Below, in pieces: positions 40,484 to 48,937 of a stretch of DNA of 64,000 bases (its first letter is position 1; each line of letters begins with the position of its first letter). Location: the NCBI GenBank assembly GCA_963798485.1, contig CAWCTR010000014.1, positions 443,722 through 507,721 of the forward strand, given 5' to 3'. The notes beneath the pieces are model-generated. The model saw only the letters and a list, made by a program, of their open reading frames with translations, made no database searches and had not been told where the DNA came from. The DNA is from an uncultured delta proteobacterium. GTDB lineage: Bacteria; Desulfobacterota; Desulfomonilia; UBA1062. The translations under genes and the position numbers were made by a program.

Positions 40484-40671
40484 TGTATGAGAACGGTTGG
40501 TGGGTGGGTGAGGTCTTGCTTTTTGCTTTTTAAAACATCGGGGTATGTGCATTTCTTGTCTCAGGGGCAATCTTGTCATGTAAAGCACTTGGGCCGGGTC
40601 TCAACATTTGACACTGTTTGTTGATTGTTGAGACCAAGCCCTGGAGTCACCCTTTGTCAACAGCTCAGCTG

Positions 40672-40866
40672 TTAGGGATGTATGCTATTGGCCTGTGAGG
40701 ATGATACAAGGAAAGAACTAAGGAGCTCATTGATGAATGACCTGCCCTGCTTTATAGACTCTATTTTGTCCTTTAAGACTTTGAGCGTGCATTCCATCTG
40801 TCTTCGCGTTGAACAGATTTGGGTATGGAGGGGAATGACAACCCCGTAACCCATATCCTCTTCCAT
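40672..40866 (-). CDS. Small hypothetical protein (64 aa)
   Basis: ORF downstream of the array at 40964-40991; weak RBS. Confidence 0.4.
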   Translation of the reverse strand: MEEDMGYGVVIPLHTQICSTRRQMECTLKVLKDKIESIKQGRSFINELLSSFLVSSSQANSIHP

Positions 40867-40963
40867 ATAACCGAAGGTCCTTAACCCTTCGCCTCAGATC
40901 CCGCACCGGATTTTCAAAGAGCTTGAAATCTCTTTTCTCTTATGAAGAACGATACCAGGAGAA

Positions 40964-40991
40964 AATGAATATCTGATGAATGAAGGGTTAA
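40964..40991 (-). promoter_or_regulatory. Pho-box-like array
   Basis: TTAACC-TTCATC-TTCATT at 11-bp period, then CTGG-TATCGT. Confidence 0.65.
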
Positions 40992-41090
40992 ATTTTGATG
41001 TGTTTTTAGAGGACCATCTGCGAACACCTGTTCCGGACCGGGAATATGCTCCCGCACAAGCCGGCCTTTAGGCATCATAGAGGAGGGCTA

Positions 41091-41384
41091 TCAGAATCGC
41101 GTCTCAACCTTCAACAAACAGGATATTCCTTTTGCTGTTAAAAATGCTTCTATCCGCTGGATGTGCGGTTTGAGGTCATCAGTATTTGCAAACCCCTGTG
41201 TGAGGAAATCCTCCATCACCCGAATGAACCGGGGATGGAGATTTGGAGAGATGTGCATTTTTGGGCTCAGGAACAATCTTGTCATGGCGAGCAGTGCCAG
41301 GTATGAGGCATCATCATTCCGGGAATTGGGCATTCTTTCCACGACCCCCGGGCCTGACGGTTCCGCATTTATCTTCTTTGCCAT
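41091..41384 (-). CDS. Small hypothetical protein (97 aa)
   Basis: GGTGGAG RBS before ATG 41384; downstream of a Pho-box-like array. Confidence 0.6.
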   Translation of the reverse strand: MAKKINAEPSGPGVVERMPNSRNDDASYLALLAMTRLFLSPKMHISPNLHPRFIRVMEDFLTQGFANTDDLKPHIQRIEAFLTAKGISCLLKVETRF

Positions 41385-41484
41385 TATATCTCCACCACTT
41401 AAATATCGAAGATAACGAACACCCTTTCCTTCCACTATTGAATCTCACTGTGACCGATTTTAAGTTGTATCTATATATACGGGG

Positions 41485-41523
41485 CGTGAAGGAAGAATTA
41501 AATATTCATCAATTCTTGGTTAA
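41485..41523 (-). promoter_or_regulatory. Pho-box-like array
   Basis: TTAACC-TTGATG-TTAATT-TTCACG at 11-bp period, then TATAGA. Confidence 0.65.
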
Positions 41524-41590
41524 TTAGGGAATAGAAAATTCTGCGAAATCCGATCTCCATCCCTACGAGAGAAGATATAAAATAATATAC

Positions 41591-41621
41591 TTGACAGATA
41601 TATATCGTAATGATATATACT
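41591..41621 (+). promoter_or_regulatory. Sigma70 promoter with an overlapping palindromic operator (probable PadR site)
   Basis: TTGACA at 41591; inverted repeat TATATATC-N5-GATATATA at 41599-41619 covering the spacer and -10. Confidence 0.65.
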
Positions 41622-41647
41622 CTTTCAATACATTAAGGAGGCACTCC

Positions 41648-42217
41648 ATGGACGTGAAGACCATTATACTCGGCTTTCTCATCGACAACAGCATGACCGG
41701 ATACGAGCTGAAGAAGGCCTTTTCAATATCGTTCTCCTTCTTCTCCGGGATCAGCTACGGCTCCATCTATCCGGCATTGAAGAAGATGGAGGGCGAGGGA
41801 CTCATTACCATGATCCACCAGATCGCCGACGGCTCTCCGAACCGGAAGGTCTACACCATCACGGAAAAGGGGAAAGGGCTCTTCCGCGATTCCCTGATGG
41901 AACCTATCCGCCAGGAGCCGAAACGGGACAGCTTCCTCATGCACCTCTTCTTCTTCGCGCACCTGAGTCCTGCCGAAGGCATCAAGAAGGCCAGGCACCA
42001 CCTGGAATCCGTCAAAAAGATTCTCTCGGCCCTGGAGTCGGTGGGGCCTGATATTGCGGAACACGCCGACAGGTATCAGGCCCTGTGCTACCAGTACGGA
42101 CTCCGGTTCTGCCGCGACCTCGTGAAGAATGTCGAGGGAGTGGTGCGATCTCTCGAAGAAATCCCTGCGCAAAAAAAGAGGAGTACCTTACATCCCCGGA
42201 AGGGAGGACCTGTATGA
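41648..42217 (+). CDS. PadR-family transcriptional regulator
   Basis: MTGYELKK, SYGSIYPALKKME, RKVYTITEKG; AAGGAGG RBS. Confidence 0.92.
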   Translation: MDVKTIILGFLIDNSMTGYELKKAFSISFSFFSGISYGSIYPALKKMEGEGLITMIHQIADGSPNRKVYTITEKGKGLFRDSLMEPIRQEPKRDSFLMHLFFFAHLSPAEGIKKARHHLESVKKILSALESVGPDIAEHADRYQALCYQYGLRFCRDLVKNVEGVVRSLEEIPAQKKRSTLHPRKGGPV

Positions 42218-42864
42218 CAAAGGTACAGAAGACCATGGAGCGGTTTCTCCTATTTGCACCATTTATCCCCCTCGCCTCATTCAAGATCTGGGCTTCAACA
42301 CCGAGACCGGTTGCGAGTCTCCTCACAGCTGCATGCATTATGGCGGCTGTTTGCATAGGAATCATCATCCTGGCATACCGGGTTGATAAGCCCTCGTATT
42401 TCGACTGGGCCATCAGCGCCTATTTCATTACTGCGGCACTGCTGCTTTCCCTGCTGCCGGAGATAGGACGGACGATATTCACCAACTATGCAGTGACCGG
42501 GATCTTCCTGTGCCTCTTCCTGGCGAGCTTTCTTCCGCCCGTTATGGGCATGGAACCCTTCACCTATCACTTTGCCAGGAAGACGGCGCCTCCCGAAGTC
42601 TGGAAGAACCCGCTTTTCATAAGGATCAACATGATCATGACCTATGTCTGGGCAGGTGTGTTTGCCTCATGCATCCTGCTCAGTCTCTATCCGTCGGTCA
42701 TAACCCGGGCAATTATCCCCTTGAGCCTAGTCATTTTTCTGGGGATTCCCTTCAATATGAGATTCCCCGACTTTTATCTGAAAAAGAAGAGGCTGCCCTC
42801 CCGGGCAGAGATGAGAGAGCTGTTTGCAACAGATCCGCACAAACCGGAACAGCATTCAGAATAA
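42214..42864 (+). CDS. Integral membrane protein
   Basis: About 6 TM helices, PFTYHFAR..F..IN..MT.VW motif; ATGA overlap with padR. Confidence 0.75.
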   Translation: MTKVQKTMERFLLFAPFIPLASFKIWASTPRPVASLLTAACIMAAVCIGIIILAYRVDKPSYFDWAISAYFITAALLLSLLPEIGRTIFTNYAVTGIFLCLFLASFLPPVMGMEPFTYHFARKTAPPEVWKNPLFIRINMIMTYVWAGVFASCILLSLYPSVITRAIIPLSLVIFLGIPFNMRFPDFYLKKKRLPSRAEMRELFATDPHKPEQHSE

Positions 42865-42895
42865 TGCAGACGAGAATAAGATAAGGAGGTTATCC

Positions 42896-43972
42896 ATGAA
42901 AGTATTGGCCATTAATTCAAGCGCACGGCCCGAAGGCCAGACAAAGACGAAGATGATGCTCGACCACCTGGTCAAGGGCATGGCTGAAGCAGGAGCCGAG
43001 GTGGAGGTGGTGGATCTCAGGAAAAAGGAGGTCAAGTTCTGTATCGGGTGCTACACCTGCTGGACCAGGACACCCGGCAAGTGCATCCTCAAGGACGACA
43101 TGACCGCAGAGCTCTTCCCCAAATGGCTTACATCGGACCTCGTGGTCTATGCATCGCCCCTTTTCCACTTCACCATCAATGCCCAGATGAAGGCATTCAT
43201 CGAGCGGACCCTCCCGGTTCTCCAGCCCTTTTTCGAAAAAAAGGGGGGAGAGACCGTCCACCCCTGGCGTCATAAGCATCCCCGGGTGGTCATGCTGAGC
43301 GTTTGCGGATTCCCGGAGCTCTCGGCCTTCGACCAGCTGTCGTCCTGGGCCCGATATGTCTTCGGAAGGAGCGGTCTCCTAACTGCCGAGATCTACCGTC
43401 CCATGGCCGAGGTCATGGCGCAGCCTCAGATGAAGGGAAAAGCCTGGGAGATCTTGGCGGCCGTAGAGAGGGCGGGCCAACAGATCGTGGAGAGCGGCTC
43501 TATATCCTCAGAGACCATGGCCGCCATCACCCAGGACCTCATGGAGGACCCTGAGTGCTTCCTGCAGCACAGCGGCAATCTCATGTGGAAGACCTGCATT
43601 GATGAAAAGATGACGCCGAAGGAGTTTGGCGAAAAGAACATGGTCCCCAGGCCCGATTCAGTGGAGGGATACCTGAACGTCATGTCCTTCGGCTTCAACG
43701 CATCGGCTGCCAAGGATCTGCAGGCCGTCTACCAGTTCGCGTTCACGGGCAGCACGGAAGGGATCTGCCATTTCAACATCGCGGACGGGAAGATCCGATA
43801 TTCCTCAGGACCGGCCGAGAAACCTGACATCATCATCACGGCCCCGTTCGACCTGTGGATGGACATCATAACCAGGAAGGCCGATGGCCAGCAGATGTTC
43901 CTGGAACAGAAATATACCATTCAGGGAGACATGAACCTGCTGCTCCGCATGAACGAGCTCTTCGGGGCATAG
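42896..43972 (+). CDS. Iron-sulfur flavoprotein / NADPH-dependent FMN reductase fused to an SCP2 lipid-binding domain
   Basis: MKVLAINSSAR, CIGCYTCW..C..DDM, ASPLF; C-terminal YQFAFTG..DGQQMFL..IQGDMNLL. Confidence 0.85.
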   Translation: MKVLAINSSARPEGQTKTKMMLDHLVKGMAEAGAEVEVVDLRKKEVKFCIGCYTCWTRTPGKCILKDDMTAELFPKWLTSDLVVYASPLFHFTINAQMKAFIERTLPVLQPFFEKKGGETVHPWRHKHPRVVMLSVCGFPELSAFDQLSSWARYVFGRSGLLTAEIYRPMAEVMAQPQMKGKAWEILAAVERAGQQIVESGSISSETMAAITQDLMEDPECFLQHSGNLMWKTCIDEKMTPKEFGEKNMVPRPDSVEGYLNVMSFGFNASAAKDLQAVYQFAFTGSTEGICHFNIADGKIRYSSGPAEKPDIIITAPFDLWMDIITRKADGQQMFLEQKYTIQGDMNLLLRMNELFGA

Positions 43973-44303
43973 GCAATGAAAACACGCTCAAGGCCTTTAC
44001 CCGTGCCTTCATAAACCCTATCCGGCCGCCCTAGAGCCTGATGAAACCGGCATTACGGTCCCATATACTCAACCGATGTTTCAGAAGAACCGAGCGGGCC
44101 GCCCTGGCCCTTGTAGAGCACAAGCAGCCCGTCGCTGGCACGGTACCAGGAATCGCCATGCCAAAACAGGAAGAGCGCACCCTTGATCCTCAGACAGACC
44201 CTTACTGCCTCGAATTTCCTTCCCCGGTAGGTAAGAACTCATCGGCATCATGTTCGGTGCTACCGTATCCATGAGTTATTAATTTTTTGTTAAGATATGC
44301 ATT

Positions 44304-44320
44304 TTTATACAATCTTAACA
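44304..44320 (+). promoter_or_regulatory. Pho-box-like site upstream of the 67-aa ORF
   Basis: TTTATA-TTAACA at 11-bp period, then GTGG-TATTTC. Confidence 0.5.
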
Positions 44321-44445
44321 AAACAGTGGTATTTCTTTGATCAGTTTATACTTATTGCATCCACTCCAACACGGAACCAGCACAATGAACAGCGGATGAA
44401 TTCAAAACCCATGGAGAGAATTACGTCCACGTGAGAGGGGGGATT

Positions 44446-44649
44446 ATGGAAATGAATTGCCTGCAGGCAGATCGTCTCGTTGTGGAGCGGACAAGGAATC
44501 ATGTCCTGGCACTGCTCACCCGGTGCATCATGGACATCAGGAAGACTGTTACCGCTTCAGGGCTTAGTTTGAGAGATGTCGGCATCGGGGTCGAGGAGCA
44601 ACGCATATCGGATGATTCTTTTATTGTGGACCTGAAGGTGATGCTCTAA
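44446..44649 (+). CDS. Small hypothetical protein (67 aa)
   Basis: GAGAGGGGGG RBS before ATG 44446. Confidence 0.6.
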   Translation: MEMNCLQADRLVVERTRNHVLALLTRCIMDIRKTVTASGLSLRDVGIGVEEQRISDDSFIVDLKVML

Positions 44650-44684
44650 GGACCACCGAGTCAGTCTCTTTCCACCAAAGTACT

Positions 44685-44721
44685 AAAAGAAAAAGGCACG
44701 AGCAAAATTTTTGCCCGTGCC
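44685..44721 (-). terminator. Intrinsic terminator
   Basis: GGCACGGGCAA-loop-UUGCUCGUGCC followed by UUUUUCUUUU; the G-U pair only works on the minus strand. Confidence 0.8.
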
Positions 44722-44778
44722 CATTAGTGAGAGGGGGTAGATATGCATCTCGTCGTATGGAATAAAGGTTCTTTACCA
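44685..44778 (-). ncRNA. Candidate small regulatory RNA (~90 nt)
   Basis: Bounded by a Pho-box-like promoter (-10 TATAAG at 44789-44784) and a minus-strand intrinsic terminator; contains CUACCCCCUCUCAC; ends approximate. Confidence 0.5.
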
Positions 44779-44798
44779 ACACCCTTATAAGCGGACAG

Positions 44799-44837
44799 TG
44801 TGAATTCCGGATAAAGAAACAAAAAAATTACGGTTAA
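44799..44837 (-). promoter_or_regulatory. Pho-box-like array with no downstream protein gene
   Basis: TTAACC-(TTTTTT)-TTTATC-TTCACA at 11-bp period, then TATAAG at the usual 15-nt offset. Confidence 0.58.
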
Positions 44838-44923
44838 ATATAGCTTTTTCAATCGTTGCCGGTATCAGTCTGTTGCCGCTCAAATAAAAAGTTGGTTTAT
44901 GAGACCATGGTCAGACCGCTCCA

Positions 44924-46201
44924 TCAACCCTTTGTAAGCCCTGGGCTGAACTTCGCCATCTTCGGGTAGTCGGGCCCTTTTGTGCAGTTGAAGAACCCAC
45001 AGGTACGGTAGTACATCCAGTCTTCGAACCACAGGCGCATAAACTCCCGGTCGCTGTTAAGCCTTTTCAGGATACCGGATGGCCATGGCAGAAGCGGAAA
45101 CAGGGGGCTTATCATCTCGGAAGGGTCTCGGAAACACTCCCAGTCACAGGCCCGGCAGGGCATGGACGAGGTGCGCCGCGACCTGTCGAGGTCCCAGTAC
45201 TTGCCCAGGTTCTCGCTTCCCCGGTATCCGCAGGGGAAGGTATCACCGTCTTTCGCATCGATGAAGAAGAAATCGGAACCGCCCCCGCATGGGCTGCTTG
45301 CCTCTGCAATCCCCTCGTGGTCCAGGATGAGCGAGTGCAGTGAGCAACGAGGAGAGAAGATCCTTATCCTGCCCCGATACTCGGGGATGGTGTCGAACAG
45401 AGCCCTGTAGACCCGGGCGCGCTCGGCCTTGGAGAACCGCATGAGGCCAGAAGAAGAAGTGGCCCTGTAGACCGCGTTCAGCTTGGCGTCATTCTCATCA
45501 GCCATGCTCATGGGGTAGCACGCATTGGCAATGGTAAAGCCCAATCCGATAACGAACTCGTAGAACAGGCGAAAGCCATACCTGAAGGCCTCGTAGTAGG
45601 ATAAGGGATCGTCGGTTTCGATACCCCTGAGGTCGATGATGGCCTTGCTGATGCCAAGGTTAGCCGATGGGTATATACCGTGCTCATGGAATATCGGCAG
45701 CGCCTTCCTGATGCCCTCGACCACACCAGGCAGTCCACGCATATGCTCGTGGAGGGCTTCATCATAGCTGTCGATACTGATCCAGAAGGTATAAACACCC
45801 GCATCCTTTAGCTTCAAAGCTATTTCCGATATACTTTTCTCAAATCCGGGATTGCCATGTTGCATGAACATGAACCCGTTGGTTCCGGTGCGGGTATAGG
45901 GGATGCCTGATATGCGGGCATACCGCAGCAGGTCGATGATGTCGTCGAGGTACAAGAACGGCTCTCCTCCTGTGAAGGACAGTGACACTACCCCGGACGG
46001 CACAGCGGAATCGATGATCTTTCGGCAGGTATCTTTGTCGAGCCGGGAGCGCTGAAATGAGTTGGATCTGCGCATGCCGCACTGGGGGCAACTTGCGTTG
46101 CAAACATCGGTGTACTGGATCACGAGCTGTCCGGGTACGCGGTTTCTTAAGACAGGAATAATCTGCCGCATGATGGGGCCTGATGTAACACGGATGGTCA
46201 T
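44924..46201 (-). CDS. Radical SAM protein with a C-terminal SPASM/twitch-like Cys cluster
   Basis: CNASCPQC, FTGGEP, TNG; C-terminal CGGG..PCGYR..CRACDWEC. Confidence 0.9.
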   Translation of the reverse strand: MTIRVTSGPIMRQIIPVLRNRVPGQLVIQYTDVCNASCPQCGMRRSNSFQRSRLDKDTCRKIIDSAVPSGVVSLSFTGGEPFLYLDDIIDLLRYARISGIPYTRTGTNGFMFMQHGNPGFEKSISEIALKLKDAGVYTFWISIDSYDEALHEHMRGLPGVVEGIRKALPIFHEHGIYPSANLGISKAIIDLRGIETDDPLSYYEAFRYGFRLFYEFVIGLGFTIANACYPMSMADENDAKLNAVYRATSSSGLMRFSKAERARVYRALFDTIPEYRGRIRIFSPRCSLHSLILDHEGIAEASSPCGGGSDFFFIDAKDGDTFPCGYRGSENLGKYWDLDRSRRTSSMPCRACDWECFRDPSEMISPLFPLLPWPSGILKRLNSDREFMRLWFEDWMYYRTCGFFNCTKGPDYPKMAKFSPGLTKG

Positions 46202-47208
46202 GTGGCGGCCTTATTTGTCCCCATGAGGTTGATCCCCATCGTTAAACCCTTTCCTGGTAACCTGGTGACATATATCTTCCCGGTGAATAAACACCACAGC
46301 ACCAGGGGCAGAATCAGATTTTCAATCACCTGTTTCAAAGCGATGATCCATGGATCATGAAAAACATGAAGCGCAAAATACAGGGCCTCAATGGCCTCTG
46401 CCGGAACCTGCAGTAATACCAGGAGGGCAAGACAAGTCATAGATCTCCAGGCGCCTGGCCGGGCTCCCAGGAATACGGATGCAAGGGACAGGGAACTAAA
46501 GAGGATGATACCCGTAAAATCCACAAACATAGGCGTGATGGGAACATGTTCCGGACCATGAATGATGTAGCCGCACATCCTCAGGAGTGTGCAGATGATG
46601 AAGATGACAGAGCGTGAATACACTGAGCCGACGGCAAGCCATGCGGCACTGAGCACTGTCATGAAGAGCACGGCGAACCCGACAAACCGCGCATGAAAAG
46701 GTGTGCCTTCGGACGTATCATCTGAAGGCAGTTGGCATATGCTTAGTCCGAGTATGGCCATGATCATGATCATCCTGCTGAAGACCATGTGTACGTATTC
46801 CATGAGCCACTGCGAGTACATTCCAGCCGTCAGAATGATGCTTATGCGCATGGCGTTGATGAGGATGAGCACCGTAATACCCCAAAGCGTCTTGAGAACC
46901 ATTTGTTTAAGGGTTAACTGAGCGGCAATCAAGAAGGCGATGAAGGGTACTGAAATGAAGAGCACCGAGCACTCCCTGGAGAGTTGGACGCAGGATCTGC
47001 CGAGGACAACAAAATCGCCTCTTGTGACCGGAGCAAGGCCTGAAGGACTCAGCATGGTTCTGACAATAAAGGAATCGAGCCGGGCAAGGGCATGGAATAG
47101 AGAATCTGGTGCGTGATACGCAAGCATAAAGAGGGAGAAGCTTGCGGAAATGAACAGGATGCAGAAATGGGCAGCGCTGTATCCGGGGATGGTTGTGCTT
47201 TTATTCAT
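46198..47208 (-). CDS. Exosortase-family protein (XrtH-like) with an extra C-terminal membrane domain
   Basis: Multi-TM; candidate catalytic Cys (RECS), Arg (NAMRI) and His (EYVH) in the expected order. Confidence 0.75.
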   Translation of the reverse strand: MNKSTTIPGYSAAHFCILFISASFSLFMLAYHAPDSLFHALARLDSFIVRTMLSPSGLAPVTRGDFVVLGRSCVQLSRECSVLFISVPFIAFLIAAQLTLKQMVLKTLWGITVLILINAMRISIILTAGMYSQWLMEYVHMVFSRMIMIMAILGLSICQLPSDDTSEGTPFHARFVGFAVLFMTVLSAAWLAVGSVYSRSVIFIICTLLRMCGYIIHGPEHVPITPMFVDFTGIILFSSLSLASVFLGARPGAWRSMTCLALLVLLQVPAEAIEALYFALHVFHDPWIIALKQVIENLILPLVLWCLFTGKIYVTRLPGKGLTMGINLMGTNKAAT

Positions 47209-47218
47209 GGAGGTTCTT

Positions 47219-48892
47219 TCAGGAGGACAAGTGCTTTCCCATGCCGATGAGGCCGATTATGAGCACCATGACGGATGAAATGAGGATCCCCGTATCGTTT
47301 GTGGCATCAACACCGACAACAGTATTGCCGAGATTCACGCGCGGCTTGGTGATGCCTGCCGCCGCATATGTTATGGGGTCACCGTGCGCCGTAAGCTGGG
47401 ACTTGACGGCTGCAGGCGACAGGAAAGAGCCTGTATTGATCTTTGCCATGCTTTGCATGCATGCAGCCGCACCGGCGGCATACGGACAGGCCGCTGAGGT
47501 TCCGCCGAAATTCGTGGAGAACCCCTGGCCAAGTGATGTCGTTGTGGCATTATTCGATGGTGCGAACACGGTGAGGATTGAAGCGACATTGGAGTAGGGG
47601 GCTACCACGTCGGGGCCGGTAGTGTATGCCCAGGCAACAGTGTCAGGACTGCAGCTCTGATACGTTGCCTGGTTTGGTGCGCAGGAGGAAGGGTCCACGC
47701 AAAAACCCACGGAGCCTATATTGGCATCGAATACCGCACCTACTGAGATCACGTTCGACATGCAGGAAGGAAGGGCTATTGCGTTACAGTATCCGTTGTT
47801 ACCGGATGATGCGAAGACGGTGATCCCGGACGATACGGCAGCAGCCGCTGCCTGGGCCAGGGAAGGCGACGCGGTATCGCAGGCCTGAGCATAACCGCCC
47901 ACACCGAAGCTTGTGGATATGATCATGATAGGGTTTGCCGGGCTGTCGTTCTGGTGTGTCACACACCATTCCCATGCAGAGACCAGGTCGGAGAGGTAGG
48001 CGCTATCTGTATTGCTGTAGGTGATCTTCAGGGCATACAGTTTGGATGAACAAGCAACACCCCCTATGTAATCGCCCGACGACGGCGTATTGCCCGCAGC
48101 AATACCTGCACACTGCGTGCCATGGCCGTTGAGGTCCATGGGATTGGAATCTTTGTCACCGAAATCATACCCTCCGATGACCTTCGTATTCGGGAACCCA
48201 CCGCCTCCTAAACGCGAGTGAGTATAATCAATCCCTGTGTCACAGACAGCGATGGAGACACCCTGCCCTGAATAAGTGTCCCTGACCGACGTTGCATTCA
48301 TGAGGGGAATGCCCTGGGCCGTATGGGCCTGGAGGATGACATCCTTCTCTACGGCAGCCACCTCAGGCCTGTCAAGAAGGCTTGAGAGCCCTGTGAGATT
48401 CACCTCGGCCGAGAACCCCGGGATGTAGATGAACCTGTTTGTGATATGTACGTGAGAAGGGTCAAGGCGGGATATGACGCGGTCCCTGTAAGATTGAACC
48501 GCACTGCGAAGGCGCTCCCTTGCAGTAGTGTCCCTCAGTGAGGCCGGGGCCTGCGTTTCAGGTGTGCGGACAAGGGTGACGATGATAAATGTCTTCTCTG
48601 AACCTTTTCGAAAATCATCCAGTAACACATCGCGGTGGACGAGCTTGCTGCTGGTGAGCATCGAAACGGGTATGTTTGCGGCCTCCAGGCATTGGACCAT
48701 GGAGATGATGCCTGAGAAAATAAACACAAAATACATGACCGCTTTGAATAAACCTCGGCGACAGAGCCGCAAAACGTTAAAGCGCTCGCCATATTTCTTT
48801 TCAGAATCCAGAGCGATCCGCCGCCGGGATGTTTGCGTTGGGGAGGGGGAGCTTAATGCCCGTTGGCGGATCGCCGGATTCATCCGTCTCAC
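47219..48892 (-). CDS. S8 subtilisin-like serine protease with I9-like propeptide and C-terminal sorting/anchor segment
   Basis: DTGID, HGTQCAG, SGN, GTSAACP; tail VDATNDTGILISSVMVLIIGLIGMGKH; true start uncertain and probably downstream. Confidence 0.88.
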   Translation of the reverse strand: MRRMNPAIRQRALSSPSPTQTSRRRIALDSEKKYGERFNVLRLCRRGLFKAVMYFVFIFSGIISMVQCLEAANIPVSMLTSSKLVHRDVLLDDFRKGSEKTFIIVTLVRTPETQAPASLRDTTARERLRSAVQSYRDRVISRLDPSHVHITNRFIYIPGFSAEVNLTGLSSLLDRPEVAAVEKDVILQAHTAQGIPLMNATSVRDTYSGQGVSIAVCDTGIDYTHSRLGGGGFPNTKVIGGYDFGDKDSNPMDLNGHGTQCAGIAAGNTPSSGDYIGGVACSSKLYALKITYSNTDSAYLSDLVSAWEWCVTHQNDSPANPIMIISTSFGVGGYAQACDTASPSLAQAAAAAVSSGITVFASSGNNGYCNAIALPSCMSNVISVGAVFDANIGSVGFCVDPSSCAPNQATYQSCSPDTVAWAYTTGPDVVAPYSNVASILTVFAPSNNATTTSLGQGFSTNFGGTSAACPYAAGAAACMQSMAKINTGSFLSPAAVKSQLTAHGDPITYAAAGITKPRVNLGNTVVGVDATNDTGILISSVMVLIIGLIGMGKHLSS

Positions 48893-48937
48893 CCGGCCGT
48901 GTTCCGTACTGAAAGATCGCCCGGGGTGAGTTTCTTT

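Noticed and set aside
40597-40635. 10-bp inverted repeat GGTCTCAACA/TGTTGAGACC as a MITE or IS end
   Set aside because: No target duplication, second copy or transposase; may simply be a hairpin after the 64-aa ORF.
44041-44274. Short ORFs and a possible minus-strand gene fragment (VLTYRGRKFEAVRVCLRIKGALFLFWHGDSWYR...)
   Set aside because: No start or RBS in the protein-like frame and no recognisable family.
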